DNA of 64,000 nucleotides from a virus, in the IMG/VR virus record IMGVR_UViG_3300042923_001106, positions 1 through 64,000 of that record; one strand, 5' to 3'. The notes below the pieces were generated by a model, which worked only from the letters and a program-made list of their open reading frames with translations, was not told where the DNA came from and ran no database searches. Shown here piece by piece: positions 17,854-28,919 of the stretch. Numbering within the stretch: the first letter of the stretch is position 1; each line of letters begins with the position of its first letter. A program made the position numbers and the translations under genes.

Positions 17854-19179
17854 TCAAATCAGCGACTCAACTTTTATTCTAAATGTTTGAGAAAGGATAG
17901 GAGAACTTCCGATTAAGACTGCTTTTAATTTTACATATCCTGATTTATGACCTTTAATTGTACATTGTGTAGTTGAACTAAAAGTCATAGTAGCAAGAGT
18001 GGTTACTGATATTCCAGTATCATCAGTTAAGTACCACTGAACGAATTGCGTGGGATCGACTACTAAATTGTTCTTAATTATTGCTGTAAACGTCTTACTT
18101 GTACCAACCAATAATTCTAACGAAGAATCCAACTCAATTGAGTAATTATTAGACGTGCTGAACTCAATGGTAACCACTGCCGTATCTGTCACACTAGTAT
18201 GGTCCTGTAGCATGGCCGTCACAACAACCTGTCCATTTGCATTGGCAGATAAAATTCCGTCTTCATTGACTGTGGCAATGGTATCATCACTTACCGACCA
18301 CACAACATCCTTTTGTACAGTTACTCCGTTGTTGGTAACTGTTGCTTGTAGCTGCAGCGTGTTTCCAACTTGGACAGAAAAAGATTCTCCATTTAGAATT
18401 TGCAAGGCGTAATTGGAGACATTGCCGAAATAATCGGCAATACCTATCTCTAAATTATCAGTAGACTCATTAATCAGATCTTCCTTCAAACTCAGATTTA
18501 CTAAACCTTCATCACTAGTCCAGTCAAAATCAATTACTTTAAAGACCTGACTATCAAAGATGAACCTTTTATCCCGTTTCAAATTTCTTGTGTGACTATT
18601 CGATTGTACAATTACTTGTCTTCGTCCATCAGGCATGGACATAACTCGATCTTCATCAAGGCCGAAGTTTGAACGAGTATTGTATTCAAATATACAAAAT
18701 TGTTCCTGCAATTGACCATCTCTGTCAACCCATCTTAGAACAGAGTTGGTTGGCTGCATGATGCTGAGATCGTATCCATCTCTAGTTTCGATTGTTTTAA
18801 GAAACAAACACTTCTCAACTGCACCTGAATTCTTATTAATAAAGTCAACGATATTGCCCGGTCTTAGGTTATCACTATGCCTAGTCATAACCTCTCGACT
18901 GTATCTAAGTTGTATACCACCAAAACTATTCTTCTTAGGAAGTTTTCCATAGTCAACAATGCACTTATATGAAGTTCCATCTTTGTTTATTGTGTCGGCG
19001 CGATCAGATCCAATCAGAATATCAAAATGCGAAATCGACTCATTATATTGCTCCGAATATCTATCTGACAAAGAACTTAACATAACATCTTCATTTTTCC
19101 CAGATAAAACAAACTTTTTATATTTGAGTATTTCTGAAATATTCATTGAGCACCACCATAGATGCTCTTTATCTGCCAC
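17854..19179 (-). CDS. Head-tail joining protein with C-terminal Ig-like (Big_2) domains
   Basis: VVWSVSDDTIATVNEDGILSANANGQVVVTA Ig motif; likely true start ~19149. Confidence 0.7.
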   Translation of the reverse strand: MADKEHLWWCSMNISEILKYKKFVLSGKNEDVMLSSLSDRYSEQYNESISHFDILIGSDRADTINKDGTSYKCIVDYGKLPKKNSFGGIQLRYSREVMTRHSDNLRPGNIVDFINKNSGAVEKCLFLKTIETRDGYDLSIMQPTNSVLRWVDRDGQLQEQFCIFEYNTRSNFGLDEDRVMSMPDGRRQVIVQSNSHTRNLKRDKRFIFDSQVFKVIDFDWTSDEGLVNLSLKEDLINESTDNLEIGIADYFGNVSNYALQILNGESFSVQVGNTLQLQATVTNNGVTVQKDVVWSVSDDTIATVNEDGILSANANGQVVVTAMLQDHTSVTDTAVVTIEFSTSNNYSIELDSSLELLVGTSKTFTAIIKNNLVVDPTQFVQWYLTDDTGISVTTLATMTFSSTTQCTIKGHKSGYVKLKAVLIGSSPILSQTFRIKVESLI

Positions 19180-19622
19180 GTCAACCGATCCCGACTATAG
19201 TAATTAGTTATAGCATTAATGGTTTCAAATTGAATTTTTTCCAACATTCCAAGAAAAGTTTTTCTATCATTTGCTGGCGAGAAGACGTTAAGTTCCGATG
19301 AACGAAAAGTTATTCCGAATGCCTTTAATTTATTACGCTCTTCTTCAATATAAGATAAATACATTATTTGAGAGAGTAGTGATACTTCTTGAACAACTAA
19401 AGGTGTATTAAAGGTTTCAAGTTCATCATCTTTATCATAAAAATTGATATCTGGATTACCGTAGTCATACAATTTATCAATTGCTCTATTTAGCAATCCA
19501 CTAAGGTGATCATTAATCATTTCTTCAATCTCTTCATCTTCCATATTGGAATATTTGAAGAAATCTCGATCATTCTTTATTAATTTAATAAATTTATCAT
19601 ATATTAATTGATATGACGTCAA
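19143..19622 (-). CDS. Putative head completion/adaptor protein
   Basis: Starts MTSYQLIYDKFIK; position after the capsid genes. Confidence 0.6.
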   Translation of the reverse strand: MTSYQLIYDKFIKLIKNDRDFFKYSNMEDEEIEEMINDHLSGLLNRAIDKLYDYGNPDINFYDKDDELETFNTPLVVQEVSLLSQIMYLSYIEEERNKLKAFGITFRSSELNVFSPANDRKTFLGMLEKIQFETINAITNYYSRDRLTWQIKSIYGGAQ

Positions 19623-19632
19623 TCTCTATCAC

Positions 19633-20358
19633 CTACTTTTTAGGCGGTCTTCCGGATGGCTTTTTGTCTTCTAGTTGAGAGTTGTTTTCTTGCAAGGGGG
19701 CAAGCGATTCTACTCTCTTCAACAAAGCTTCAATTGCTGATTGAGACTTTTCGATAATTTGGTCTTTGGACTTATTATCTTCTTCTAGTTTCCGAATTTT
19801 TGAAGTTAAATCATCAAGAGTCTTTTTAAGTGCAATATCTTCTTTATTTTTTTGATCGTTGTTCAGAATTCTGCTGATTTCACTGTTTGGATTCCGTTTA
19901 CCTCCATTTTTTAATTCATTACTTCGTTCTAGGACAGCTGCAACAATATTATGGGGAGGGGTTTTATTGGTCCGTTCTAAAACAAATAGTTTATGTTTCA
20001 TTCGGTTTAGCAATGTTGACGATTTTAGAGAACTAATCTTTTTCACATTCTCAATTGAATCGGTAAGCAGAAATTCGAACATTTGTTTATCGCTCATGAT
20101 ATTATCCAGATCTTCAATTCCTAGTTTTTTATAAACTTCATTTTCCTCTGCAGGGTGAAAACGTAATCTACCCACCTTAAATAGATCGGATTTCGAATTC
20201 TCCGTTTCAATATCATCCAGTGCAACTCGCTCAACCACAAATTCCTCTTCTTCATCCCTGCCACGAATAAAAACACCTTGTTGAGAATGATTACTAGGAA
20301 ATCCAGCAGGAGACATTTCATAATTGTATACTCGAATCTTGCCATTCATAATATCCAT
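19633..20358 (-). CDS. Head-associated hypothetical protein
   Basis: Full ORF with C-terminal coiled coil ending KKPSGRPPKK; follows the capsid gene. Confidence 0.6.
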   Translation of the reverse strand: MDIMNGKIRVYNYEMSPAGFPSNHSQQGVFIRGRDEEEEFVVERVALDDIETENSKSDLFKVGRLRFHPAEENEVYKKLGIEDLDNIMSDKQMFEFLLTDSIENVKKISSLKSSTLLNRMKHKLFVLERTNKTPPHNIVAAVLERSNELKNGGKRNPNSEISRILNNDQKNKEDIALKKTLDDLTSKIRKLEEDNKSKDQIIEKSQSAIEALLKRVESLAPLQENNSQLEDKKPSGRPPKK

Positions 20359-20383
20359 ACCTTAATACACTCCCTTTAATGTT

Positions 20384-20427
20384 TCTTACGTGTGGAACAT
20401 AAAATAATGAAAGTTCCACACGTAAGA
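20384..20427 (-). terminator. 15-bp perfect inverted repeat after the capsid gene
   Basis: TCTTACGTGTGGAAC (20384-98) / GTTCCACACGTAAGA (20413-27). Confidence 0.7.
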
Positions 20428-20445
20428 TTTTCTGTAATTCAATTC

Positions 20446-21450
20446 TTAAGCAAAAGTGATACGTGCAATCTTATCAAGATGATAAATTACATAGTCGAAC
20501 TCGTAACCAGTGAACTTAAGATCGACTTTTTCTGCATTGTTATCGTAGGTTTCGTAGTAACGAAGTTCACCACGCATATCAGCGTCACCAATGATTCCTG
20601 CAATGCCAAAGATACGCTTATCAGGCACGAGAGTAATCCCTTTAGTCGTTTTCTTAGCAGTAGGAATCGAGGAAAGTGCAACGCCGTCAAACATCGCCAG
20701 ACGACCAACTCGATTCAACTCGTTCTTCAGTTCATCGCTCAAATATTTTTCATAACCACTCATTCGAGCGAAACCATCAATATACTTAGACAAACCAACC
20801 ATAAACGGATTACCTTCAGACATATCACGAATGTATCGAGCCAAGGTTTCAGCGTTTGTCTGAGTCAATGCCGAACCGGAATCAATATCTTGATCACCAG
20901 TAAGAGTATCGATAGCGGCATCGACACCTGTAAACAATCGACTAAACATTTCTTGCTCAAACGCCTCTCTTGTAAGTTCAGTCATTTTAGCAATGGACTT
21001 CCAACCGTTCCTACGGAGATCAGAATAATTCAACTCAGTTTCAACCTGTAGAGATGTTTTAACAGGGGTGAATACGCCCGGATCTACATAACTCTTAGGA
21101 ACATTACCACCACGAACAGCATCATATGTTTTAATGGTATTTTTAGGAAGCCCTGTGTAGATTTTTTCATCAAATTCACCAATAGACCCCATATTAAAAA
21201 TATTTGAAAGAATGCTGTACTCGGGTTGGAATACGAGTGGTTCAACAGTTTTTTTAATGAGTTCAGAAATCAGGATATTATTATCAGAGGTTTTACCAGA
21301 AATACCCACTTCTTTTGCAAAGGTATTCAATACTTCAATCATTTCTTTATCACTAGCATCGATAGTGTTGCTTTTAACTCGTTCAGATAATTCGATAATA
21401 TTTTTTTCTTGAATCATCGAAGCTACTTCAGTTGTAAATAGTTTACTCAT
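20446..21450 (-). CDS. Major capsid protein
   Basis: 334 aa, SPbeta YonB-like position and segments (VRGGNVPKSYVD, GRLAMFDGV). Confidence 0.8.
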   Translation of the reverse strand: MSKLFTTEVASMIQEKNIIELSERVKSNTIDASDKEMIEVLNTFAKEVGISGKTSDNNILISELIKKTVEPLVFQPEYSILSNIFNMGSIGEFDEKIYTGLPKNTIKTYDAVRGGNVPKSYVDPGVFTPVKTSLQVETELNYSDLRRNGWKSIAKMTELTREAFEQEMFSRLFTGVDAAIDTLTGDQDIDSGSALTQTNAETLARYIRDMSEGNPFMVGLSKYIDGFARMSGYEKYLSDELKNELNRVGRLAMFDGVALSSIPTAKKTTKGITLVPDKRIFGIAGIIGDADMRGELRYYETYDNNAEKVDLKFTGYEFDYVIYHLDKIARITFA

Positions 21451-21480
21451 ATTATTATTAATCCTCCTATTATTTATTTA

Positions 21481-21945
21481 TTAAGATGGTACAGTGAATG
21501 GATGCACGACTTCGAAAATCTTTAATGCATGCCCAGCGTCGTCGTAAGTGCCAATATACTTTAGAGTAGAGACTTTAGTGGCAACAGCTTTGATCAACTT
21601 GCCTACATTTGCAGTCGATCCTGCAATGGCATAATCACCGGCAGCAAAAGTACCTGATACTTGATCGGTTGCGATCTGTGCGCCAACAGAATACTTGACC
21701 AAGATTCCTAGAGAATCAGCCTTTACAATGTCCATAGAATCATCGTATTGACTAATTTCTACATCAGAAAGATGCCCCGTAGGTTGATTATCTTTATCCA
21801 AAAAGTAAATCTGAACACCTTCACCATCTGCTGGATCGGCCTTGGTAGTAGACAGGTTTTTGGTTACAACGGAACCGCGCTTCAAAGCAGCGGAGACTTT
21901 ATAAATTTCAGTTACTCGGGGTGCTACAATTACATTTCTTAGCAT
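21481..21945 (-). CDS. Head decoration/cement protein (putative)
   Basis: Small gene between scaffold and capsid; AALKRGSVV start. Confidence 0.6.
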   Translation of the reverse strand: MLRNVIVAPRVTEIYKVSAALKRGSVVTKNLSTTKADPADGEGVQIYFLDKDNQPTGHLSDVEISQYDDSMDIVKADSLGILVKYSVGAQIATDQVSGTFAAGDYAIAGSTANVGKLIKAVATKVSTLKYIGTYDDAGHALKIFEVVHPFTVPS

Positions 21946-21998
21946 TTATCAATCTCTCCTTATAATTATGATTTATTTAATTCAATATCAACATAAAA

Positions 21999-23561
21999 CT
22001 ACTTTTTAGCAATCAAGCCTTTGATAATATCGGCGGCGCTGAACATAATCGAATCGCTGTCACTATTATTCAAATCAGTCTTTGGTTTCTTCTCATTTTT
22101 TACTTCGCTAGTATCCAATTCATCTTTATTTTCACTCTTAGATGCTTTATACTTTTCAATCGCACGTTTACCTTTTATTACTTCAATTTTTTCTTGTGCA
22201 GATTCAAAGTTTTCAATTGTTAATTCCGCGAAGATTGAAACCAGTTTTTCATCAGATTCAAGTTCTTCCTCACTGATCAAACTATCTTCTAGCGTGAATG
22301 TTTTCAATTCTTCTTTCTTCTCAGTTAGAATTCGAACTTTTTCAGCTTGCTCCATTTCGTCAACTTTTTCTTTAAATGGAGTCAGTTTTTCAACTTCAGC
22401 TTCTAAGACTTCCTTCTCTTTTGTTGCCTCTATAAGCAACTTACCAGCTTCAGCAATCTCTTTATTAGCCTCAGCCAGTTTAGATTGTAATTCAGATATT
22501 TGAGAATTGATTTCAGTCACAGGAATAAACTTCATTTTTACATCTGTTTGCGAAACGATACTTATAGTGTCATCGCTATTTACAGTATACGTAAAAGTAA
22601 TAAAATCCTCTTCAGAGCTTCGCTCCCAAGTATACGCTACTACTTTAAACTCGTATGGATATAACATTGAGACATAGAAATATTTGTCCTCGTTTAAAGA
22701 ATTTAACGCTTTCCTAACTTTACGGTACAAATCATTATCAGTTAGGGCAGATACTTCATTTTGATCTTCCTTTTTCAAATCCTTTCCTCCTTCGTTGCTA
22801 TTTATATTATATTTATTTATATCAACTTTATCGTTTTCAGAGGTATCCGAATCAGGTAAAGTTGATATATTTTCTGATTTAACATCATTCAAAAAGGCAT
22901 TCGATAATTCATAATTCATTTCATCGTTCTCAGCAACTTCCAGAACACCAGCGCCGTGGACGGCTCCGATCACGGAAGAACCCAATAATGCGTTACCAAT
23001 GAACTCAAATGCTTTTAGAATCTTGCCTCTGGCGGTCTTCTCTGCTTCGGAAGAACTAATTTCCCATGAACTTGATATGCGACCCTTATCCCAAAGTTTA
23101 TCAAAAACTTTAAAATATTCAGGAAACCTGCTCTTCCATAGTTTTGTCTTTATCAGGATTGTTTTCTTTTTTCCTTCATAACCGTCAACTTCTCTTTCTT
23201 CTATCCATGACTCGATAACTGAACCAATAGGGTGAGTAGCAAAATAGTATTCTACTTTTTTAGTTTCAGTATTATATTTAGTCCGAAGTTCGTGTCCACC
23301 AAAATCATCGGGTTTCCCTTCTTTATCATATTTTAAATAAGCAAGGATCGGATATCCAACAATTGTACTATGATATTTTTCTCCTTCTTCTGCTTGGATT
23401 AATACATTGTTTGCGTTATATTCATCAAGAACTGAAATAAGGAAAGTTGCTTCTTTATGATTAGGAAAATCGCTAACTTCGATTGGTAAACTAGAGAGTA
23501 CGAAATTTTCCAATATTTTTTTCTCACCACCTTTCATTGAATGCGAATTAACCAAACTCAA
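21999..23561 (-). CDS. Prohead protease/scaffold protein
   Basis: DFGGHE, KLWKSRFP and SSWEI protease-like motifs followed by a long acidic coiled coil. Confidence 0.75.
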   Translation of the reverse strand: MSLVNSHSMKGGEKKILENFVLSSLPIEVSDFPNHKEATFLISVLDEYNANNVLIQAEEGEKYHSTIVGYPILAYLKYDKEGKPDDFGGHELRTKYNTETKKVEYYFATHPIGSVIESWIEEREVDGYEGKKKTILIKTKLWKSRFPEYFKVFDKLWDKGRISSSWEISSSEAEKTARGKILKAFEFIGNALLGSSVIGAVHGAGVLEVAENDEMNYELSNAFLNDVKSENISTLPDSDTSENDKVDINKYNINSNEGGKDLKKEDQNEVSALTDNDLYRKVRKALNSLNEDKYFYVSMLYPYEFKVVAYTWERSSEEDFITFTYTVNSDDTISIVSQTDVKMKFIPVTEINSQISELQSKLAEANKEIAEAGKLLIEATKEKEVLEAEVEKLTPFKEKVDEMEQAEKVRILTEKKEELKTFTLEDSLISEEELESDEKLVSIFAELTIENFESAQEKIEVIKGKRAIEKYKASKSENKDELDTSEVKNEKKPKTDLNNSDSDSIMFSAADIIKGLIAKK

Positions 23562-23697
23562 TTTTTATTTTTTCTAAAACCTTATTTAGTTCAGTATCGG
23601 GAACGGTATCCAAATGTACTATTGCTACTGTATGCTCTCCATCAATATAAACAATCAGTTCTTTGTTACAGCATGGACAAGTAATCCTAGTTTCCAT
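23548..23697 (-). CDS. 49-aa Cys-containing protein
   Basis: Read manually: METRITCPCCNKELIVYIDG...KIEFG; fills the portal-protease gap exactly. Confidence 0.6.
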   Translation of the reverse strand: METRITCPCCNKELIVYIDGEHTVAIVHLDTVPDTELNKVLEKIKIEFG

Positions 23698-23702
23698 ATC
23701 AG

Positions 23703-25286
23703 TTACCTTCCATTATCCTCGTTGTATGTTTTGTCGTAATCAACCTTATCAGTATTTTCTCCATCACTCGGTCTACCAACTTCATCATCTGAGTTGTTAG
23801 TGTAACTAGTCTTTCTAGGCTTGAATGTCTCATCGTAACCAAGCTCTTTTTCGCGTTTTCTGCGCAACTCCTCTGTACGCACATCCAGTCCAAGAACTTG
23901 ATAAACTGTCTCTAATGATGCATTAACCTCATTGTTAAGCATTTTTGCTAGAGCCATAGCAAGTTCCGTAGATAATTTTTCTGAATCTATAACTTTTATT
24001 TTCGGGCAATATTTTGGATCAATGTTGTTACGAATTAATAACCCTCGATACCACTTCATTAGAATTGCTTCTAACTGTTCGCTAATCTTATTAATCATTT
24101 TCATGAGTTCCTGAATCGATAATTGAGCTGATCCGAAACCACCCTTATTTGAAATTAGATAAGCAATGCCTACACTTGTCATGATATCTTCGCGATATTT
24201 ATTTTTCACTTGTACGTTTGTCTGTTCAAGTTTTGGTTCAATGAAACTAACGCTCTCTGTCCATGGGAGTCCAGTGTAGACTGACACACCATTTGAACTT
24301 AAAGCCGCCATAAGATCGGTGTGAGCCTTGGCTTGAGCAGAACTCCATGTAATATTCGGCATATCTTTTGACTGTGTTACCAATTCCTTGGCCAACTTTT
24401 GAAAAATTATCTTTTTACCACGAACAAGAGTATTCTTGTCATCTGAAAGTTCAATATTCTCAAGTCGGATAACTGACTTCAAAGCTTTAAAAATAGGATT
24501 GAGTCCATATCTTCTTTTTAAATTATTTATTCGAATTAGACCGGAGTTGTCAACACTCAACTTAGCAAACTGTTCTTTGTTCATATATGCCTGTAACACT
24601 TCAGATGGATAAGTGTCTTTAATCTCTTGCTCCATATTTTCGTAAAATAATGCCTTATTTTTTCTATTCTTTGTATAAGTTTTCCGCAATCTAGATTCTA
24701 ATTCCCTGATGTTGATCAAAAGATAAGGTTCGCCACCAACCTCGTAATCAGATACCTCTACAACGCCCAATGGATAATAATCAACTTGATAATTGGTTCC
24801 TTTTTTCTCTTTTCTAAGATAGATCGCATAGTTTCCCTCTATGTAGGCCATTGGAATACTCTCGACAATCAAGCGACGAAGGTTGATTTTCTCATTAAAG
24901 TCCACGATTAATTCATCAATTTTGTCAAATAATTCTTTCTCGTTCTCATTGTATTTAGGATGAGTTAAAGTATAGTCAGAGTTAACATTAGTCTCGATTG
25001 CTTCAAAAACTTTGCCGAGAATGTCGTTCTTATTCACAAAATATCGAACAATATTATTTATTTGTATAATATTATTAAGATTACTCTGAGCATTAAGTGC
25101 TAGTCGATCAATGTCTTCAATTTTAAAGTTTGCTACATTATTTGATCCCTCATTGAAGTAAGTAGATCGAAAATTTGATTTGTTTGTATAATCGTACATT
25201 GCTTGTTCAAGTATCTTTTTTTCTTCTGCATACGATGTTACCAAGAATGTTTCGTCAGTTACTTGAGATATAATCTCTTTAGACAA
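23703..25286 (-). CDS. Portal protein
   Basis: 527 aa directly after the terminase; SPbeta YonE-like position. Confidence 0.75.
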   Translation of the reverse strand: MSKEIISQVTDETFLVTSYAEEKKILEQAMYDYTNKSNFRSTYFNEGSNNVANFKIEDIDRLALNAQSNLNNIIQINNIVRYFVNKNDILGKVFEAIETNVNSDYTLTHPKYNENEKELFDKIDELIVDFNEKINLRRLIVESIPMAYIEGNYAIYLRKEKKGTNYQVDYYPLGVVEVSDYEVGGEPYLLINIRELESRLRKTYTKNRKNKALFYENMEQEIKDTYPSEVLQAYMNKEQFAKLSVDNSGLIRINNLKRRYGLNPIFKALKSVIRLENIELSDDKNTLVRGKKIIFQKLAKELVTQSKDMPNITWSSAQAKAHTDLMAALSSNGVSVYTGLPWTESVSFIEPKLEQTNVQVKNKYREDIMTSVGIAYLISNKGGFGSAQLSIQELMKMINKISEQLEAILMKWYRGLLIRNNIDPKYCPKIKVIDSEKLSTELAMALAKMLNNEVNASLETVYQVLGLDVRTEELRRKREKELGYDETFKPRKTSYTNNSDDEVGRPSDGENTDKVDYDKTYNEDNGR

Positions 25287-25318
25287 GTAAAAATCACCTC
25301 GCTTTCAATCTGTGTCAT

Positions 25319-27194
25319 CTACAATTGAATGTTCAACGTTGAAACTTGCGTAGGAATAGTACTTAAATCAACTTCATCTTTTTGTTTATTTATTATACTG
25401 TCTCTTCTCAATTGCTGTAGGTGCCATGCAAGCATTGCCAAGCAATAAGCTCGGTCGTCATTCATTTTGTTTTCTTTGTCAGGCGATAAAGCATATCTGT
25501 AACCACCACTCGGATTGTCGAAACGATAAATATTTACAGTTTCTTCTTTCGCTAAGTCAATGTTCTTTAGTGCAAGTTCTTCATCAAATGAAAGTTTGTG
25601 TACTTTTTGACTTGCCTGTACAGATTTTTTTTTATTCTTTTTCTCGTCCTCATATTCGAATTCATGATTTTCGAATAAAGTTAGAAACCCCTTCATATCG
25701 TATTCTTCAGTAAAAGATATTAAATCTAGTCCAAGCATTTCAACAAGTGCATCGAACATTTCATTCTTGTATTTCTTAGGGTTCATTAGTCTTAATTTAT
25801 CCACTGCATTTGGAAATCTGTCGACATAATCAGAAGATTCCTTTTTATCTATCAATCCTTTATGTTGGACTCCTCTGGAGTCAGTCCAATCTTCCATAAA
25901 ATCATCTGCAATGATATGTCCGCCACCACCGGCTCCTGAATCAATTAATAGTGCAGAAATGTTTTCATAATCAGCAGCTTCTTTGCCATTGTAGTCTAAT
26001 ATCATTTGTTTAACGAATTTAATCTGCTCTGGGGTTCTCATAGGAGTTTTCTTTTTTTTTGCTACATCGACAAAGGATACTCCGTTACAAATTCTCATTT
26101 TTAAGCCAACATTTTCATCATGATACAATTCACCAGTCATCGAAATTGCATTATCGTATGAACGGGCAGGATCATAGGCTATTGCAAACTTGTTTCCGGT
26201 ATTATTAAATAAAACAGGAACTCTAACTTCACTATTTCTAATCAGAATAGCGCGCTTTATCGCCTGATTTTCTCCGCCTTCTGTCGAGAATTTATTATAA
26301 TATTCGCGCAAAGCCTTCTCTTTATTTTTCTTCATAGCGTCATCAATTACTTCTTGTCGTAAAAGTCCCGGATACTGTTTTCCGTTGAATGTTGCGTTAA
26401 TGACTATTTCTGCATTTATATCTGCGACAAAATACTTCTTATCGCCTAGTAACATTTTTTTTGCATAGTCCTTATATAGCTTATAAAAGTATGTATCTGT
26501 GCTGGAGGCTGATGATGCCGCGACCACCTGATTTGGAAACTCTTTAGGCAATGATGAGATATCTATGTTTCCACCAAGTTTAAAGTTGCTGTCCTGAGCT
26601 AGAAACGGCATTGATGTCTCAAACATTTCTTCAGGTGCGAAACCGGCTTCGTCATAAAAGTTTAGATTTGAACGCTTACTTCTATTATTGTCGAAGGCTC
26701 CGTTCAATGAATTCACTAATGATCCATTGTATAACCTGTACTGAAATGATGCAGGGTTATGAGTAAATCCGTCTGTATTTGCTGCACTCTTCACGGTCTC
26801 GTTGAAGAATACATCGGTCAAACCAGTAAAAGAGGCGATCTCTCTTTTTGCTATTTTTTCTATTTTTAAAAATGCTTCTTGTGCCTGAGATCCGACTCCT
26901 GACATTATATAGGTCTGAAAATTTGGAATTAGATTGGTCTTAGCCATTATAAATGGTGCTGCAAGCGTTGTTTTACCGCTGTTCCGGGATTGGCACCATA
27001 CATTAAAAGGGGTGACCCAACTCATCATAAACACATATTTTTGATTATCGAGAAATTCAATTCCATAAAATCGTTCACAGTACTTTACTGGGACTTTTCT
27101 ATCGTCCCCACTGGATTATCTTTGCCAGCTTCAAGAATCCTTCTAGTTTCCTTTGTGACATTTCTTTTTCACTTTGCTTTATAATAACGTTCAT
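25319..27194 (-). pseudogene. terL: Terminase large subunit, split by a frameshift at ~27098-27101
   Basis: ATG 27194 (RBS AGGGGGTGA) gives MNVIIKQSEKEMSQRKLEGFLKLAKIIQWGR* (stop 27099-27101); the +1 frame continues RKVPVKYCERFYGIEFLDNQKYVFMMSW into ORF 25319..27034 with Walker A (SRNSGKT), Walker B (FYDEAG) and nuclease (AYDPAR, DDRAY) motifs. Confidence 0.85.
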
Positions 27195-27227
27195 GGAGTG
27201 GAATCACCCCCTTTACACAATAATTAA

Positions 27228-28352
27228 TTATTCATATTGTTTTATTTTTATTTTTAATAATCGGTTCTCTTCTTCAAGATGAGATACTTTTTCTTCAAAC
27301 TTTAAGATCATATCCCTTTGTTCTTTAATCATTTCTGTATAATCATTTTCGTTAAGCATCAATTGATCCATAATACTTTTATTGCTTATATCTGCAACCT
27401 GTCGCATTCCTTCACATGTTTCAATATCGTATATATTGATTTCTGCAGATTCAATACCCTTCTCATGCAATTGTTTGATAATACCAGATAACGTTCCTGC
27501 GCCTTTACTTTTGTTATTATTATGATTAACGGAAATTCCATTATCTTTAGCTAGAGCAAGCACAGATTTAAGCATCTTTTCTTTTGCATTAACTAAAGAT
27601 GTTATGCCACCGACATTTTCTGTAACGGATTTTGTACTAGAAGTTATATGAGATAGGGCTGAATTAATTTTATCTATTTGACTGAAACTTTTTACAATTT
27701 CAATTACTGCTGGAAGTTTAAAACTATCTTCTAATGTACTCTCATCAAGATAATCAACCAATTTATTAAATAGATGACGTCTGTCTCCTTGAGACTCGTA
27801 TTCAAATGGATCATAGCCAAGCATACGCAAGACATCTTCTTCATTTTGTTTATCATTGGTAGCAACTTTAGGATGTTGCTGGTCTGAATCTTGTCTTTGT
27901 TCAGACATTTCTGTAGACTGGATTTTAACTTCAGAGAACACAATATCTTTTTCATTATTTAACTCTTTATCACTGTCTATCCATGTTAACTCCTTGTATG
28001 AAATTTGACAGTTCTTAACATAAAGTCCTATCGGATCTGACTTCTTATTTTCAGATTCCAGCAAAGTGGATTGCCATAGTGCGGAAATAAAAGGACGATT
28101 TAACTCAAATAAAAATCTCTTAACGCTTTCCAAATCGTCAAGAGAAACATCTTCCCTTAAGCATGATTTACATACGCTGTGTCTCTGATCTGCCTGATAC
28201 CTAGAATTCGATATGTAATAATCATTTGTAGGATGCTTAAATGCTTTACAAGCGGTACATTGTTTTTTTTCTATCTCTTTCTTTTCTTGTGTTTTTAAAT
28301 TTTTGCCACCCTTGAGACGTCCCAATACTATTCCAACTCCCTTTGCTCCCAA
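27228..28352 (-). CDS. Putative terminase small subunit / packaging-associated protein
   Basis: Immediately upstream of terL; CTAC...CKSC Zn-binding motif; likely true start TTG 28325 (MGRLKGGK). Confidence 0.6.
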   Translation of the reverse strand: MGAKGVGIVLGRLKGGKNLKTQEKKEIEKKQCTACKAFKHPTNDYYISNSRYQADQRHSVCKSCLREDVSLDDLESVKRFLFELNRPFISALWQSTLLESENKKSDPIGLYVKNCQISYKELTWIDSDKELNNEKDIVFSEVKIQSTEMSEQRQDSDQQHPKVATNDKQNEEDVLRMLGYDPFEYESQGDRRHLFNKLVDYLDESTLEDSFKLPAVIEIVKSFSQIDKINSALSHITSSTKSVTENVGGITSLVNAKEKMLKSVLALAKDNGISVNHNNNKSKGAGTLSGIIKQLHEKGIESAEINIYDIETCEGMRQVADISNKSIMDQLMLNENDYTEMIKEQRDMILKFEEKVSHLEEENRLLKIKIKQYE

Positions 28353-28595
28353 AGATATTTAGATAATTCGTGGAATGCTGCCAGCGGTATAGGGAGTATC
28401 ACGCACAGCATATTACACACCTTCAAGCAGGACGAAACCACGAAAAAATGAAAACAAAAAGACGTACCATAAAAAAATGATACGTCCGATCTTTCCACTT
28501 AAACATTATTGCCGAAAAACTTAAACGAAGTGAGACCCCGTTATTACAAACTCGGCAATGCGTTTTTTCCTTGCAAAAACAATGAAATTAGAATT

Positions 28596-28919
28596 TTATT
28601 CACTTCCATGTTCTTGCTGAAACATTTTAATATTGAATTCCAATTCTTTCGCACGGTCTTGCAAGTACTGAATGTCATTTTGAAGTGATACGATACTTGA
28701 TATATGAGTATAAAATTTATAAAGAACAGATTTTAATTGTTCTATATTTTTACACCTTTTAATAGTCTTCGCGTACTCCTCTATGATTTCTTCAGAATCG
28801 AAGTCTAGTTTTGGCATCATAATCATAGTCAAATCATCTGGTTCCTCGATCATGAAAACTCCCATAGATTCGTCGTCATCATTTTCCGGTTCAGAAGCCC
28901 AGTAATCATCTTCGGTCAT
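28596..28919 (-). CDS. Acidic hypothetical protein
   Basis: ORF with AGGAGGG RBS; its stop overlaps an 18-bp palindrome. Confidence 0.6.
   Translation of the reverse strand: MTEDDYWASEPENDDDESMGVFMIEEPDDLTMIMMPKLDFDSEEIIEEYAKTIKRCKNIEQLKSVLYKFYTHISSIVSLQNDIQYLQDRAKELEFNIKMFQQEHGSE

Noticed and set aside
27090-27110. Programmed frameshift or intron in terL
   Set aside because: No slippery heptamer or plausible +1 re-pairing (CGA to GAT), and no intervening sequence; a simple indel is more parsimonious
28425-28445. Hammerhead ribozyme or tRNA suggested by GGACGAAAC / GGTTTCGTCC
   Set aside because: No CUGANGA core with matching stems and no cloverleaf; no tRNA or rRNA genes recognised anywhere in the window
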